Below, piece after piece: positions 42,801-49,685 of a stretch of 64,000 nt of DNA. The position numbers and the translations under genes are program-made. The notes beneath the pieces were generated by a model that worked only from the letters and a program-made list of their open reading frames with translations, was not told where the DNA came from and searched no databases. The stretch covers positions 18,611-82,610 of the forward strand of contig JABAZL010000167.1 in NCBI GenBank assembly GCA_018608425.1, given 5' to 3'. The stretch comes from Flavobacteriaceae bacterium (GTDB taxonomy: Bacteria; Bacteroidota; Bacteroidia; Flavobacteriales; Flavobacteriaceae). How positions within the stretch are numbered: position 1 is the first letter of the stretch; every line of letters starts with the position of its first letter.

Positions 42801-44275
42801 GCGCCAAAACCATTAGGAACCGTTGCAACATCTCGAATCGCATCGGTAAGGAAAGATGCAGAAGCATTCGTATTAGGGTCGAGCTTATTGGCTTCGTTAG
42901 CCGGAATACCTCGGGGCGTTGGTGCATTAAAAAAAGAGCTGTTTAGTTCATCTACTTTCGTGTTGTTTGGATCTGCTTCTCCTAAATCTTGAAGTGCGAT
43001 GATGTTCCTGATGTTATTGGTTTGAGATTGACGGTTGGTAACCCAAACCTCAGCTCGAGTTATTTGAATAGGAGAATTGATGTAGGGATAGGTCTTTAGA
43101 AAGGCATCGTAATTATCTCTAAAATAATGTGCCAAAAAGAAGTGACGATCAGCTTCATAATCCAAAGCAAATAAAGAGAATTCTTGAAGTGTTCCACCTC
43201 CTTGTGCAATTACCGATTGTGCTTGTGAACGTTGCTCCGCAAAAACTCCGGTAATGTTGGTTCGTCCGAATTTAACCTCAGCTTTAACCCCCATTAGACT
43301 TTGTGCGCCAGAAATAAGAGTACTGTTGAGCGGCATGCTGACGTTACCAATATCAATGTTTTGTAAAATAGCATCCTCAGAAGCAGGTTTGTTTAGAAAG
43401 TCGTTGATTTTATTTTGATACTCACTCGCCTTGTTTTGAACAGCCGAAACCTTGTCTTGAACAGCAGATATTTTATCTTCTACCGCAGATACTTTATCGT
43501 TTACCTTATCTGCAAATCCCGACACCTTGTCAATCACTTGATTTGCTTTTCCTTCTAATGCTTCTTTTTTTTCTTTAATGGAATTGGGTAAATAGTCTTT
43601 CAGCTCATTTACTTTAGGAGGGTTGAATTCTAATTTTACTAAGTTTTGAAAATCAAAAGTTGATTCGGTATCGTAATTGGCTGTAATTTGTAAACGTTCA
43701 CCTATTTTTCCTAATAAACTTAGGCTAATGCGTTGATCAAAATCAAAACCAAAATTCCTTCTGTTTCGTGGAGAAAACGATGGGTTATCTGTCTTTTGGT
43801 AGCGCACTCCCAAATCAATTCCAATCGAACCTTGGGGAGTAACATCAATTTCATTTCCTCCAAAAACTGAGGTAAAGAATTTCGAGTTCACATATAATTC
43901 TGGCAGAAGATCTCTTTGAGCCGAATCTTGAATACTTCCCCTTTTCTGAGAAATGGTACTTACTTTGTCTTTGAAATAAGCATTCATCTGTTCTTTAAGC
44001 ACCAGACGCTCGTATTCTTTCGGTGAAAGAACCAAAGGCGTGTTTAAAGGGTAATTCCCATCGGATTGAACATATACATAAACTTCCCGTTCGGTATCGT
44101 AAATATAATTGTCTAATGGGCTATCATTTTGAGGAAATGCAATGGTGCCCAACTCAGATGTAGAGCCAGTAGAGTCTTGGCCGTATAGGGTAGCAACAGT
44201 AGTAAAACCCAGTAAAAAGGTTACTAATATGCAAAGGCGAAGAATATAAAAAAAGGCACTCTTTGTTCTAACCAA
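36830..44275 (-). CDS. sprA: T9SS outer-membrane translocon SprA/Sov
   Basis: 2481 aa, ANYDTESTFDFQN, GNVSMPL, WDLMMKNIY, EVWFNELR, C-terminal IRYNFGN; ruvA-sprA-gcvH context. Confidence 0.95.
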   Translation of the reverse strand: MVRTKSAFFYILRLCILVTFLLGFTTVATLYGQDSTGSTSELGTIAFPQNDSPLDNYIYDTEREVYVYVQSDGNYPLNTPLVLSPKEYERLVLKEQMNAYFKDKVSTISQKRGSIQDSAQRDLLPELYVNSKFFTSVFGGNEIDVTPQGSIGIDLGVRYQKTDNPSFSPRNRRNFGFDFDQRISLSLLGKIGERLQITANYDTESTFDFQNLVKLEFNPPKVNELKDYLPNSIKEKKEALEGKANQVIDKVSGFADKVNDKVSAVEDKISAVQDKVSAVQNKASEYQNKINDFLNKPASEDAILQNIDIGNVSMPLNSTLISGAQSLMGVKAEVKFGRTNITGVFAEQRSQAQSVIAQGGGTLQEFSLFALDYEADRHFFLAHYFRDNYDAFLKTYPYINSPIQITRAEVWVTNRQSQTNNIRNIIALQDLGEADPNNTKVDELNSSFFNAPTPRGIPANEANKLDPNTNASASFLTDAIRDVATVPNGFGALNGRIKEGFDYAVLESARKLQATEYTLNSQLGYISLNQRLSNDEILGVAFQFTFQGKVYQVGEFANGGIEGTSIVASSTQNQVPTVATNNLVVKLLKSTITDVRQPVWDLMMKNIYNTGAFQLEQEDFRLNILFSDPSPINYLSAVDASIWPETLKNQILLRTLNLDRLNLYNDPEPEGDGFFDFVPGITVDPQYGRIIFPTVEPFGETIFKLLDNPDASNEQYANEMTYNANQAKYVFRDMYALTQAGALETSEQNKYQIKGRYKSAGGDGIAIGAFNVPRGSVSVTAGGRVLQEGLDYTVNYQIGRVKILDPALQASNVPIQISVENNSFFGQQNKRFSGFDIIHQFNNNFVIGGTLINLSENPLTQKANYGTEPVNNTMIGLNTNFSTELPFLTRLVNRLPNIETTAPSRISFRGEVATFIAGDPKNTQLEGETNVYLDDFEGAQTNVDVKGFFAWNLASVPSEGFEGSEAGVDDLTAGHNRAKLAWYSVDPIFYTSQSRPQGIGNDDISLNTTRRIFINEIFPEQDLVQGQSTFQPTLDLAYFPEEKGPYNNQETDVFIANPEKNWGGVMRSINATNFEQSNVEFIEFWLLDTFTELETPDQDLGSLVFHLGNISEDVLKDGRKQYENGLPGSEPVATNESNWGKTPAAQSLLYAFNTVEEDRLLQDLGFDGLNDDEERLVYPNGPVNDPAGDNYEYFVQASGGIVNRYKNYNGTEGNSPIAFSDTNRGSTAEPDTEDINRDQTMNTIDSYFEYRVPIAKNMTVGNHPFITDVRENVTVDLPNGQQLTSRWIQFKVPIDKRYYQGTSFNTYFDNINGIEDLRSIRFMRMVLSEFETPVVFRFGTLDLVRGDWRRYNQSLNETVLANVNTTVDISTVNVLENENRVPINYVLPPDIQREQINNNNTIVRQNEQSLSFRICDLQPMDSRGIYKSVEIDLRQYKKLKMFLHAESVQGQTPLPGEGTQDEYDKRLVAFIRIGTDYKDNYYQIEVPLKPSSFMEGASNKLSAQEVWQPDFNSIDIPIDILSKLKAASIGKISNGSIYYDEDINVIDEFTPISSLPGDKRYKFSVRGNPSLGSIKTMMIGIKNPSQTVGDVLCGEVWFNELRIAGIDSQGGWAAIGSLDANLADFATISASGRISTIGFGSIEQSPNERSREDLAQYDFVTNVNVGQLLPKKWGVQIPLNYNVGATQITPEYDPFYQDLRLKDRLATATSKSQRDTIKNQAIDYTERKSISLIGVRKNGSAAKPRFYNLENLDFSYAYNEFSHHDYEIQNQSNKTVALSANYNYGFTPLEINPFKKIKALNRKKYWQWLREVNFNLVPNNIAISSKIDRLFNSQQFREVYTEGVDTAQQLALPDLQQRNFLFDWTYSINHNITRSLKMNFTASSNNIVRNYYQENNEGATSVDKSKNIWDGLWDVGDPNRHFQALTLNYKLPFKYIPFLSFIDANYSYTGDFSWQRGSDVLADVEDLDGNVLGIVNTVQNANTQTLNGSISMDRIYRIFGIQKNQKNIRQILSKKVVNPNAPEDKKKPKKKKKKKVLRSVANVLSTMKRVQFTYSENNGKVLPGYLPTLGFGGTLQPTAAFTFGSQADIRYEVARNGWLTDFPDFNQQFTQVHNSQLKITGQLDFGKGLLIDLTAERNFSENLSENFSVINGSYVPLNPNSYGNFGMSTLLIRTAFNRPTGSYNPNFEKFRTHRLVVAQRLAAAAGIPITDVDEEGYPRGYGRSSQSVVIPAFLAAYSGSSVEQVSLDPIKKTPLPNWNLKYTGLMNVKSLKKIFNRFSLTHAYRSSYTINNFQTNLDYDPSFPNQVDDGGNFVPSTLFSNLNLVEQFNPLIRIDLELKNSFKFLAELKTDRALSLSLDNNLLTESSGQEYIVGMGYRLKDLRFRTRIGGRRKTLTGDLNIKADLSYRNNITVLRNLEINDNQVTAGQTLWSIKVSADYALSKNLTSQFFYDHNFSEFAISSAFPQTSIRSGIIIRYNFGN
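43394..43531 (-). repeat. Imperfect 21-bp (7-aa) tandem repeats inside sprA
   Basis: DKVSGFA-DKVN-DKVSAVE-DKISAVQ-DKVSAVQ-NKASEYQ-NKINDFL (residues 249-294). Confidence 0.8.
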
Positions 44276-44282
44276 AGGGTAT

Positions 44283-44864
44283 TTACAATTTATTCAAAGC
44301 GATTTTAATCAGTTCCTCAATGGAACTATCGGGGGTGCTTTGAAGGATGTTATCAACTACTTTCTCAGATTGTCTTCTTGGGTAACCAAGGACCTCCAAT
44401 GCTGATAACGTTTCTTCTTTGGTTCTATTGCTTTGAAGTACAGGAATCTCATCATTTCCTTCAATTTTCTGAACCTTGTCTTTTAGTTCAATCAAAACAC
44501 GTTGTGCGGTCTTGAGTCCAATTCCTTTTACTCCTTTAATTGCGGCTAAGTTTTCGCTTAAAATAGCGTGCTGAATTTCTTGGGGTGACATTGACGAAAG
44601 CATGGTTCGGGCAATACTTGCACCAATCCCCGAAATGGAGATTAAAAGTCTGAAAACTGTACGTTCAATCGGCTGAAAAAAGCCAAACAACGTATGGGAA
44701 TCTTCTTTGACTTGTAAATGCGTAAACAACTTAATGGATTCGTCTGCTCCCAATTGTCCGAAGGTATGTAAGGATATATGAACCATATAACCCAAACCGT
44801 TGCAATCTATAATTACATGGGTAGGATGTTTTTCGACAAGTTTACCTTTAATCTGTGCAATCAT
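44283..44864 (-). CDS. ruvA: Holliday junction branch migration protein RuvA
   Basis: MIAQIKG, GLGY, VKEDS, SGIG and KGIGLKTAQR HhH motifs, ALEVLGY. Confidence 0.97.
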   Translation of the reverse strand: MIAQIKGKLVEKHPTHVIIDCNGLGYMVHISLHTFGQLGADESIKLFTHLQVKEDSHTLFGFFQPIERTVFRLLISISGIGASIARTMLSSMSPQEIQHAILSENLAAIKGVKGIGLKTAQRVLIELKDKVQKIEGNDEIPVLQSNRTKEETLSALEVLGYPRRQSEKVVDNILQSTPDSSIEELIKIALNKL

Positions 44865-47134
44865 CTTTTTTGCTTTTGTTGTGCATCAATTACTGCAACT
44901 GCAGCCATATTAACAATCTCATCAACGCTGGCTCCTAATTGTAGTACGTGAATGGGTTCTTTTAATCCCAATAAAATAGGGCCAACCGATTGGTTTTTGT
45001 TCAGCTCTTTCATCAATTTATAGGTGATGTTTGCCGATTCTAAATTTGGAAAAATCAGGGTATTGACATTCTTTTTAGCGATTTCTGAAAAAGGAAATCG
45101 TTCTTCTAACATGTCTCGGTTTAAGGCAAAATCAGACTGTAAAGGACCGTCTACAACTAAATCTGGATAGTATCGGTGAAGGTAGGCTACCGCATCGGTT
45201 ACTTTTCCTGCATTGGGATGTTTTGAAGATCCAAAATTGGTGTACGACAGCATCGCCATAACAGGTTTGATTCCGAACATCTCAACAATTTTAGAGGTCA
45301 TAAAACCAATTTTAGCCAATTCCTTTGCCGTTGGATCAATATTAATAGACGTATCCGAAATAAAAATCGGTCCTCGATCGGTCAACATCATATTGGTTGC
45401 TGCAATTTTCGATACGCCTTTGTCTTTTCCGACAACATCAAGTACAGGTTTGATTACCGACGCATAGTTTCTAGAATAACCTGAAAGCATTGCATCTGCA
45501 TCCCCATTTTTCACCATCATTGCTGCAAAGTAGTTTCGCTCCCGCATCAAAGATTCTGCTTCGTATAGTGTTACTCCTTTTCTTTTCTGCTCTTCCCAAA
45601 AAAGATTGGCGTATTTGCTTTTTATGTCTAATTGCTCATCACTCTTTGGATCTAAAATCGTAACCTCTTCCTGGAAGTTAATCGATTCCATCAAATCAGA
45701 AATTACATCTTTTCTTCCCAAAAGTATGGGTTGACCAATACCTTCTTCCATGACAATTTGAGCTGCCTTAAGAACATCCAATTGATCTGCTTCCGCAAAT
45801 ACAATTTTCTTTGATGCTGATCTAGCACGGTCATGAATGAGGCGGATCATTTTTTGATCTTTTCCAATCAATCCTGCAAGTTGTTCTCTATATTTCTCCC
45901 AATCCTCAATCGGTTCTTTTGCAACTCCTGATGCTATTGCTGCTTTTGCAACGGCAATTGGCACTTCCTCGATCAGTCGAGGGTCAAAGGGTTTTGGAAT
46001 GATATAGTCGCGTCCAAAAGATAAATTGGTTTCTTGATAAGCGATATTAACTTGTTCTGGAACTGGCTTTTTAGTCAATTCAGCTAAAGCTTCTACTGCT
46101 GCCATTTTCATGGCCTCATTAATCTTAGTCGCACGAACATCGAGCGCTCCTCTAAAGATAAAAGGAAACCCTAAAACATTGTTCACTTGATTGGGATGAT
46201 CTGAACGGCCAGTCGCCATGATGATATCATCACGGACAGAGCAGGCTAAATTATATTCTATTTCCGGATCAGGATTTGCCATTGCAAAAACGATCGGGTT
46301 GGGATTCATAGCCTTCAGCATATCTACGTTTACAATATCTGCCTTTGATAAGCCAATAAACACATCTGCATTGACCATTGCTTCGTCAAGTGTGTGGACA
46401 TCAATTGCCGTGGCAAATTCTTTTTTCTCTGGAGTTAAAGACTTACAATCTTCTCGAATGACGCCCTTACTGTCAGTCATGATTATATTTTCGTCAAGCG
46501 CTCCAAAGGCTTTATACAATCGAGTACAAGAAACTGCAGCAGCTCCCGCACCTGAAATCACGATGCGGACATCACTTATTTTTTTGTCAGCTAATTCCAA
46601 TGCGTTTAACAAGGCTGCACACGAAATGATAGCGGTTCCATGTTGGTCGTCATGCATTACCGGAATATCCAATTCTTCTTTCAAGCGACGTTCAATCTCA
46701 AAAGCTTCGGGTGCCTTAATATCTTCTAAATTGATCCCACCAAAAGTTGGGGCAATTGCTTTTACGGCTTCAATGAATTTCTCAGGATCCTTGGCATCTA
46801 CCTCAATATCAAACACATCAATTCCAGCAAAGATTTTGAATAACAACCCTTTCCCTTCCATCACAGGCTTGGAAGCATCAGGGCCAATATCACCTAGGCC
46901 TAAAACTGCTGTCCCATTCGAGATTACCGCAACTAGATTTCCTTTGTTGGTGTATTTATAAACATCTTCTGGATTTTTTTCGATTTCAAGACAGGGAACC
47001 GCAACCCCAGGCGAATAAGCCAAAGCTAGGTCACGTTGGGTGCTGTACCTTTTGGTAGGAACGACTTCAATTTTACCGGGCCGAGGTTTGGCATGATATA
47101 CTAAAGCTTCTCTTCTTTTACGTTCTTTGCTCAT
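44861..47134 (-). CDS. maeB: NADP-dependent malic enzyme with PTA-like domain
   Basis: AYSPGVA, SNGTAVLGLG, MEGK, NLEDI, HDDQHGTA, GRSDHPNQVNN; TACATTTG box at 47153-47160. Confidence 0.96.
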   Translation of the reverse strand: MSKERKRREALVYHAKPRPGKIEVVPTKRYSTQRDLALAYSPGVAVPCLEIEKNPEDVYKYTNKGNLVAVISNGTAVLGLGDIGPDASKPVMEGKGLLFKIFAGIDVFDIEVDAKDPEKFIEAVKAIAPTFGGINLEDIKAPEAFEIERRLKEELDIPVMHDDQHGTAIISCAALLNALELADKKISDVRIVISGAGAAAVSCTRLYKAFGALDENIIMTDSKGVIREDCKSLTPEKKEFATAIDVHTLDEAMVNADVFIGLSKADIVNVDMLKAMNPNPIVFAMANPDPEIEYNLACSVRDDIIMATGRSDHPNQVNNVLGFPFIFRGALDVRATKINEAMKMAAVEALAELTKKPVPEQVNIAYQETNLSFGRDYIIPKPFDPRLIEEVPIAVAKAAIASGVAKEPIEDWEKYREQLAGLIGKDQKMIRLIHDRARSASKKIVFAEADQLDVLKAAQIVMEEGIGQPILLGRKDVISDLMESINFQEEVTILDPKSDEQLDIKSKYANLFWEEQKRKGVTLYEAESLMRERNYFAAMMVKNGDADAMLSGYSRNYASVIKPVLDVVGKDKGVSKIAATNMMLTDRGPIFISDTSINIDPTAKELAKIGFMTSKIVEMFGIKPVMAMLSYTNFGSSKHPNAGKVTDAVAYLHRYYPDLVVDGPLQSDFALNRDMLEERFPFSEIAKKNVNTLIFPNLESANITYKLMKELNKNQSVGPILLGLKEPIHVLQLGASVDEIVNMAAVAVIDAQQKQKR

Positions 47135-47204
47135 AATTTATGTGTCGAAGAACAAATGTAGCAAGACTGAAGGATTAACAAATAGTTAATGCTGAATATT
47201 AGTT

Positions 47205-47229
47205 AAAAAAAAGAGCACCGAAGTGCTCT
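47205..47229 (-). terminator. Intrinsic terminator closing the accessory locus
   Basis: Minus strand AGAGCAC-TTCG-GTGCTCT plus T tract. Confidence 0.88.
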
Positions 47230-47257
47230 ATTTAATTAGTAGAAATAAAAAAACTAG

Positions 47258-47641
47258 TTAATAATCTGGATTTTGGGTTAAATCTTCAATTTTAACAATA
47301 ACATTTCTTGTGTTTTCAGTGTACATTTTAATTTGTCTGTTACCATCAATTTTCAAATAAATTTTTTCATTCAACTTACTGTGTTTTACTTTAAAGAATG
47401 AATTTCTGGGGTACCATTTTTCAAGGGTATCAATCAATTCTTCTTTAAGTTTTAACGCATTATACTCTTCATTCCAAATCGACCAACCTAAGTATCGAAA
47501 CTTGTGATCCATACCCGTCATGATATTGTTTTCATTAAAACTACCATCAAATAACATTTCGATATCATCGGCAGTATTATCGGGGTCTTTTGAAAGTAAA
47601 GTTTTTGAGACGTATTTATTGTCATCACTTTGTATAACCAT
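47258..47641 (-). pseudogene. 5'-truncated paralogue of the lipoprotein at 57573-58139
   Basis: IEMLFDGSF/IDMLFFGIF, MTGM/MTGM, FRYLGWSIW/FSYTGWSPW, LKEELIDTLEKWYPRNSF/LKEAVEDTLLKWFPGNDF; the signal peptide and first ~65 aa are missing. Confidence 0.8.
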
Positions 47642-47960
47642 AACCCGTCACAACTACTTCATCCAACTCATTGTCGGTTGCTAAAGTGATGGTAAGGTTA
47701 TCTTGTCCATTAACAGGTACATCTAAAGTAGAAAAACCAACAAAAGAGACTTCGAGAATCGCGTCTGCAGGGGCATTAATACTAAAGTTTCCGTCAAAGT
47801 CAGTTGAAACACCATTTGATGTTCCTTTTACTACAACAGTCGCCCCTGGTAAAGGGCCGTCATCGCTCGTAACTATACCGGATACAGTCTGAGCTGAGGT
47901 CACTAATCCTACTGTGAGAAGTAGTGCCGTAAAAAATGTTTTTAAGTTCATTTTTTTCAT
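47625..47960 (-). pseudogene. 5' fragment of a SusC/RagA TonB-dependent receptor (signal peptide, CarboxypepD_reg-like domain and TonB box only)
   Basis: SAQTVSGIV, PLPGATVVVKGT, TDFDGNFSI, SFVGF, LDEVVVTGYG then YTK-stop; no plug or barrel. Confidence 0.88.
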
Positions 47961-48181
47961 TCTAATTTGATTAATTGATTGATTAGCAAATAATTCACAA
48001 ATAGAATAGTGGAAAATAAAGTTCCCAGATGGGAGTCCCGAATGGGATAATGACCAAAGCCTCCTTGAAGTACTTGTTCTTTTGGAGCTGGATTCAAACC
48101 ATAACAAAAAACTCTTTTGAAACTCAAAAGAGTCTCGAAAGTGTGTAGCGTCAGATTACAAGGGTGTAATGTGTTGTACAT
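47957..48181 (-). other. Putative 74-codon leader ORF whose TGA overlaps the susC ATG
   Basis: Open frame MYNTLHPC...QLIKLE across the whole leader, ATGA overlap; coding status unproven. Confidence 0.35.
48105..48136 (-). terminator. Terminator-like hairpin in the susC leader
   Basis: Minus strand ACTCTTTTGA-GTT-TCAAAAGAGT followed by TTTTT. Confidence 0.65.
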
Positions 48182-48204
48182 AGGTTTGATAAGAATTGGT
48201 AGAT

Positions 48205-48212
48205 GCAACTTA
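48205..48212 (-). promoter_or_regulatory. Possible -7 box variant (TAAGTTGC) for the susC fragment
   Basis: Best TAnnTT(T/G) match between the MFS gene and the susC fragment. Confidence 0.4.
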
Positions 48213-48314
48213 CAATACCTATTCTGAAGTATAAACCATGTGTGAACAAAACGTTAATGTTTCTTTACTAAATCATTTTCGGAAGCAGTAAAAAACATCA
48301 TATACTATATAAAA

Positions 48315-49682
48315 TTAAACCGTTGAATCTTCTGAATCCCGAACAAAAAGAGAGAAAATGCCAGCGATTACCATACAAGCACCAGCCAGTCGAATTACAT
48401 TTATGGGGTTACTCCCTAATAAATCGTAAACAAAGTACTGCATGGTGAAGATTTCAATAATCATTGGAATCACAATAAACATATTGAATATACCCATGTA
48501 GATTCCCATTTTATCACTTGGAATAGACGCTGCTAACATTTGATAGGGCATGGCCATCATCGATGCCCAAGTAATTCCTAATCCAAAAGAAAATAAATAA
48601 ATTTGAGAAACTGGGATTCCACTTCCAAAAGGAATGGTGAAGAGAATATCGGTATCATTCAAAAAGGGCATTGCCATGAGTCCAATTCCTCCTAGTAAAA
48701 GGCTAATAAAATGTAGATTCTTTGCTCCTAATTTTCTTGCAATTGGAATCATGGGGAATGCGATCAAAACACAAATGATGTTGTACGTTCCATTCAGATT
48801 TCCAGTTAAAAGTTGCGCTTGGTTGAAAAAAGAAGTGTTTTGATCCAGGGTATCGAAAAGTGACAAGGATAAAGCAGAAGTTAGATACTGCCAATAACAA
48901 AACATCGCGTACCAAGAGAAAAACATTACGGGAATTAATTGCCGCATGGTCTTTGGCATTTTCATGAAAGCCGCTTTGATTTCTTTTAGCGTTCTTGAAA
49001 AAGTATTCCCTTTCGCTTTATTTGCAGTAATTACTGCCAATTCTGCTTCGGTTGGTGGGTATTCGGAAGTAGTTAATACCGTTACTAAAATGGTTCCTAT
49101 AGAAGCAATAGCTCCAATACCAAAAGCCCAATAAGTAGACACAGGAACTCCGTTGTCCATCGTATCGCTCAAAGCCAAAATCCCAAAAGAAACTAAAATA
49201 ACCGGTGTAAAATTGGACATGATGCTTCCTAACCCTGTAAAGAAACTTTGCATTAAGAAACCAATTGAATACTGTTTTTTAGGCAATTTATCTGAAACAA
49301 AAGCGCGGTAAGGTTCAAGAGCAATATTATTTGCAGCATCAAGGATCCAGAGTAGACTAGCTGCCATCCATATCGAACTTGAAAAAGGCATTGCAATCAA
49401 AGCTAAACTCGCAATCAGGGCACCAATTAAAAAAAACGGTTTTCTTCTTCCAAACTTTGGAGACCAAGTACCATCGCTTATTGCACCAATAACGGGCTGC
49501 ACTAGGAGTCCTGTAACGGGACCTGCTAACCACAACATAGGGAGTTCAGCTTCGTTTGCGCCGAGATAGCGATAAATCGCACTCATGTTACTCTGTTGTA
49601 GTCCAAAACTAAATTGAACCCCAAAAAAACCAAAGTTCATGGTTAAGATTTGCCAGAAGGAAAGTTGTTTTTTTTGCATCAT
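48315..49682 (-). CDS. MFS transporter, SLC45/MalT-like sugar permease
   Basis: LSFWQI...FGFFGVQF, LAGPVTGLLVQP, GRRKPF, EPYRAFV, MGIYMGIFNMFIVIP. Confidence 0.9.
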   Translation of the reverse strand: MMQKKQLSFWQILTMNFGFFGVQFSFGLQQSNMSAIYRYLGANEAELPMLWLAGPVTGLLVQPVIGAISDGTWSPKFGRRKPFFLIGALIASLALIAMPFSSSIWMAASLLWILDAANNIALEPYRAFVSDKLPKKQYSIGFLMQSFFTGLGSIMSNFTPVILVSFGILALSDTMDNGVPVSTYWAFGIGAIASIGTILVTVLTTSEYPPTEAELAVITANKAKGNTFSRTLKEIKAAFMKMPKTMRQLIPVMFFSWYAMFCYWQYLTSALSLSLFDTLDQNTSFFNQAQLLTGNLNGTYNIICVLIAFPMIPIARKLGAKNLHFISLLLGGIGLMAMPFLNDTDILFTIPFGSGIPVSQIYLFSFGLGITWASMMAMPYQMLAASIPSDKMGIYMGIFNMFIVIPMIIEIFTMQYFVYDLLGSNPINVIRLAGACMVIAGIFSLFVRDSEDSTV

Positions 49683-49685
49683 AAT

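Noticed and set aside
46218-46961. 247-aa plus-strand ORF and the other short ORFs nested in or opposite long genes
   Set aside because: Antisense or alternate-frame shadows of well-supported genes (here maeB) with no recognisable motifs.
47625-47660. Site-specific shufflon or invertible susC switch
   Set aside because: No recombinase gene, flanking inverted repeats or inverted silent cassettes are visible; deletion is the simpler explanation.
48085-48101. GGTTTGAATCC on the minus strand, resembling a tRNA T-arm
   Set aside because: Lacks the TTC consensus, and no D-arm, anticodon arm or acceptor stem can be built.
47961-48107. 49-aa N-terminal extension of the susC fragment in the ORF track
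   Set aside because: The signal peptide starts at ATG 47960; the extension runs through leader hairpins.
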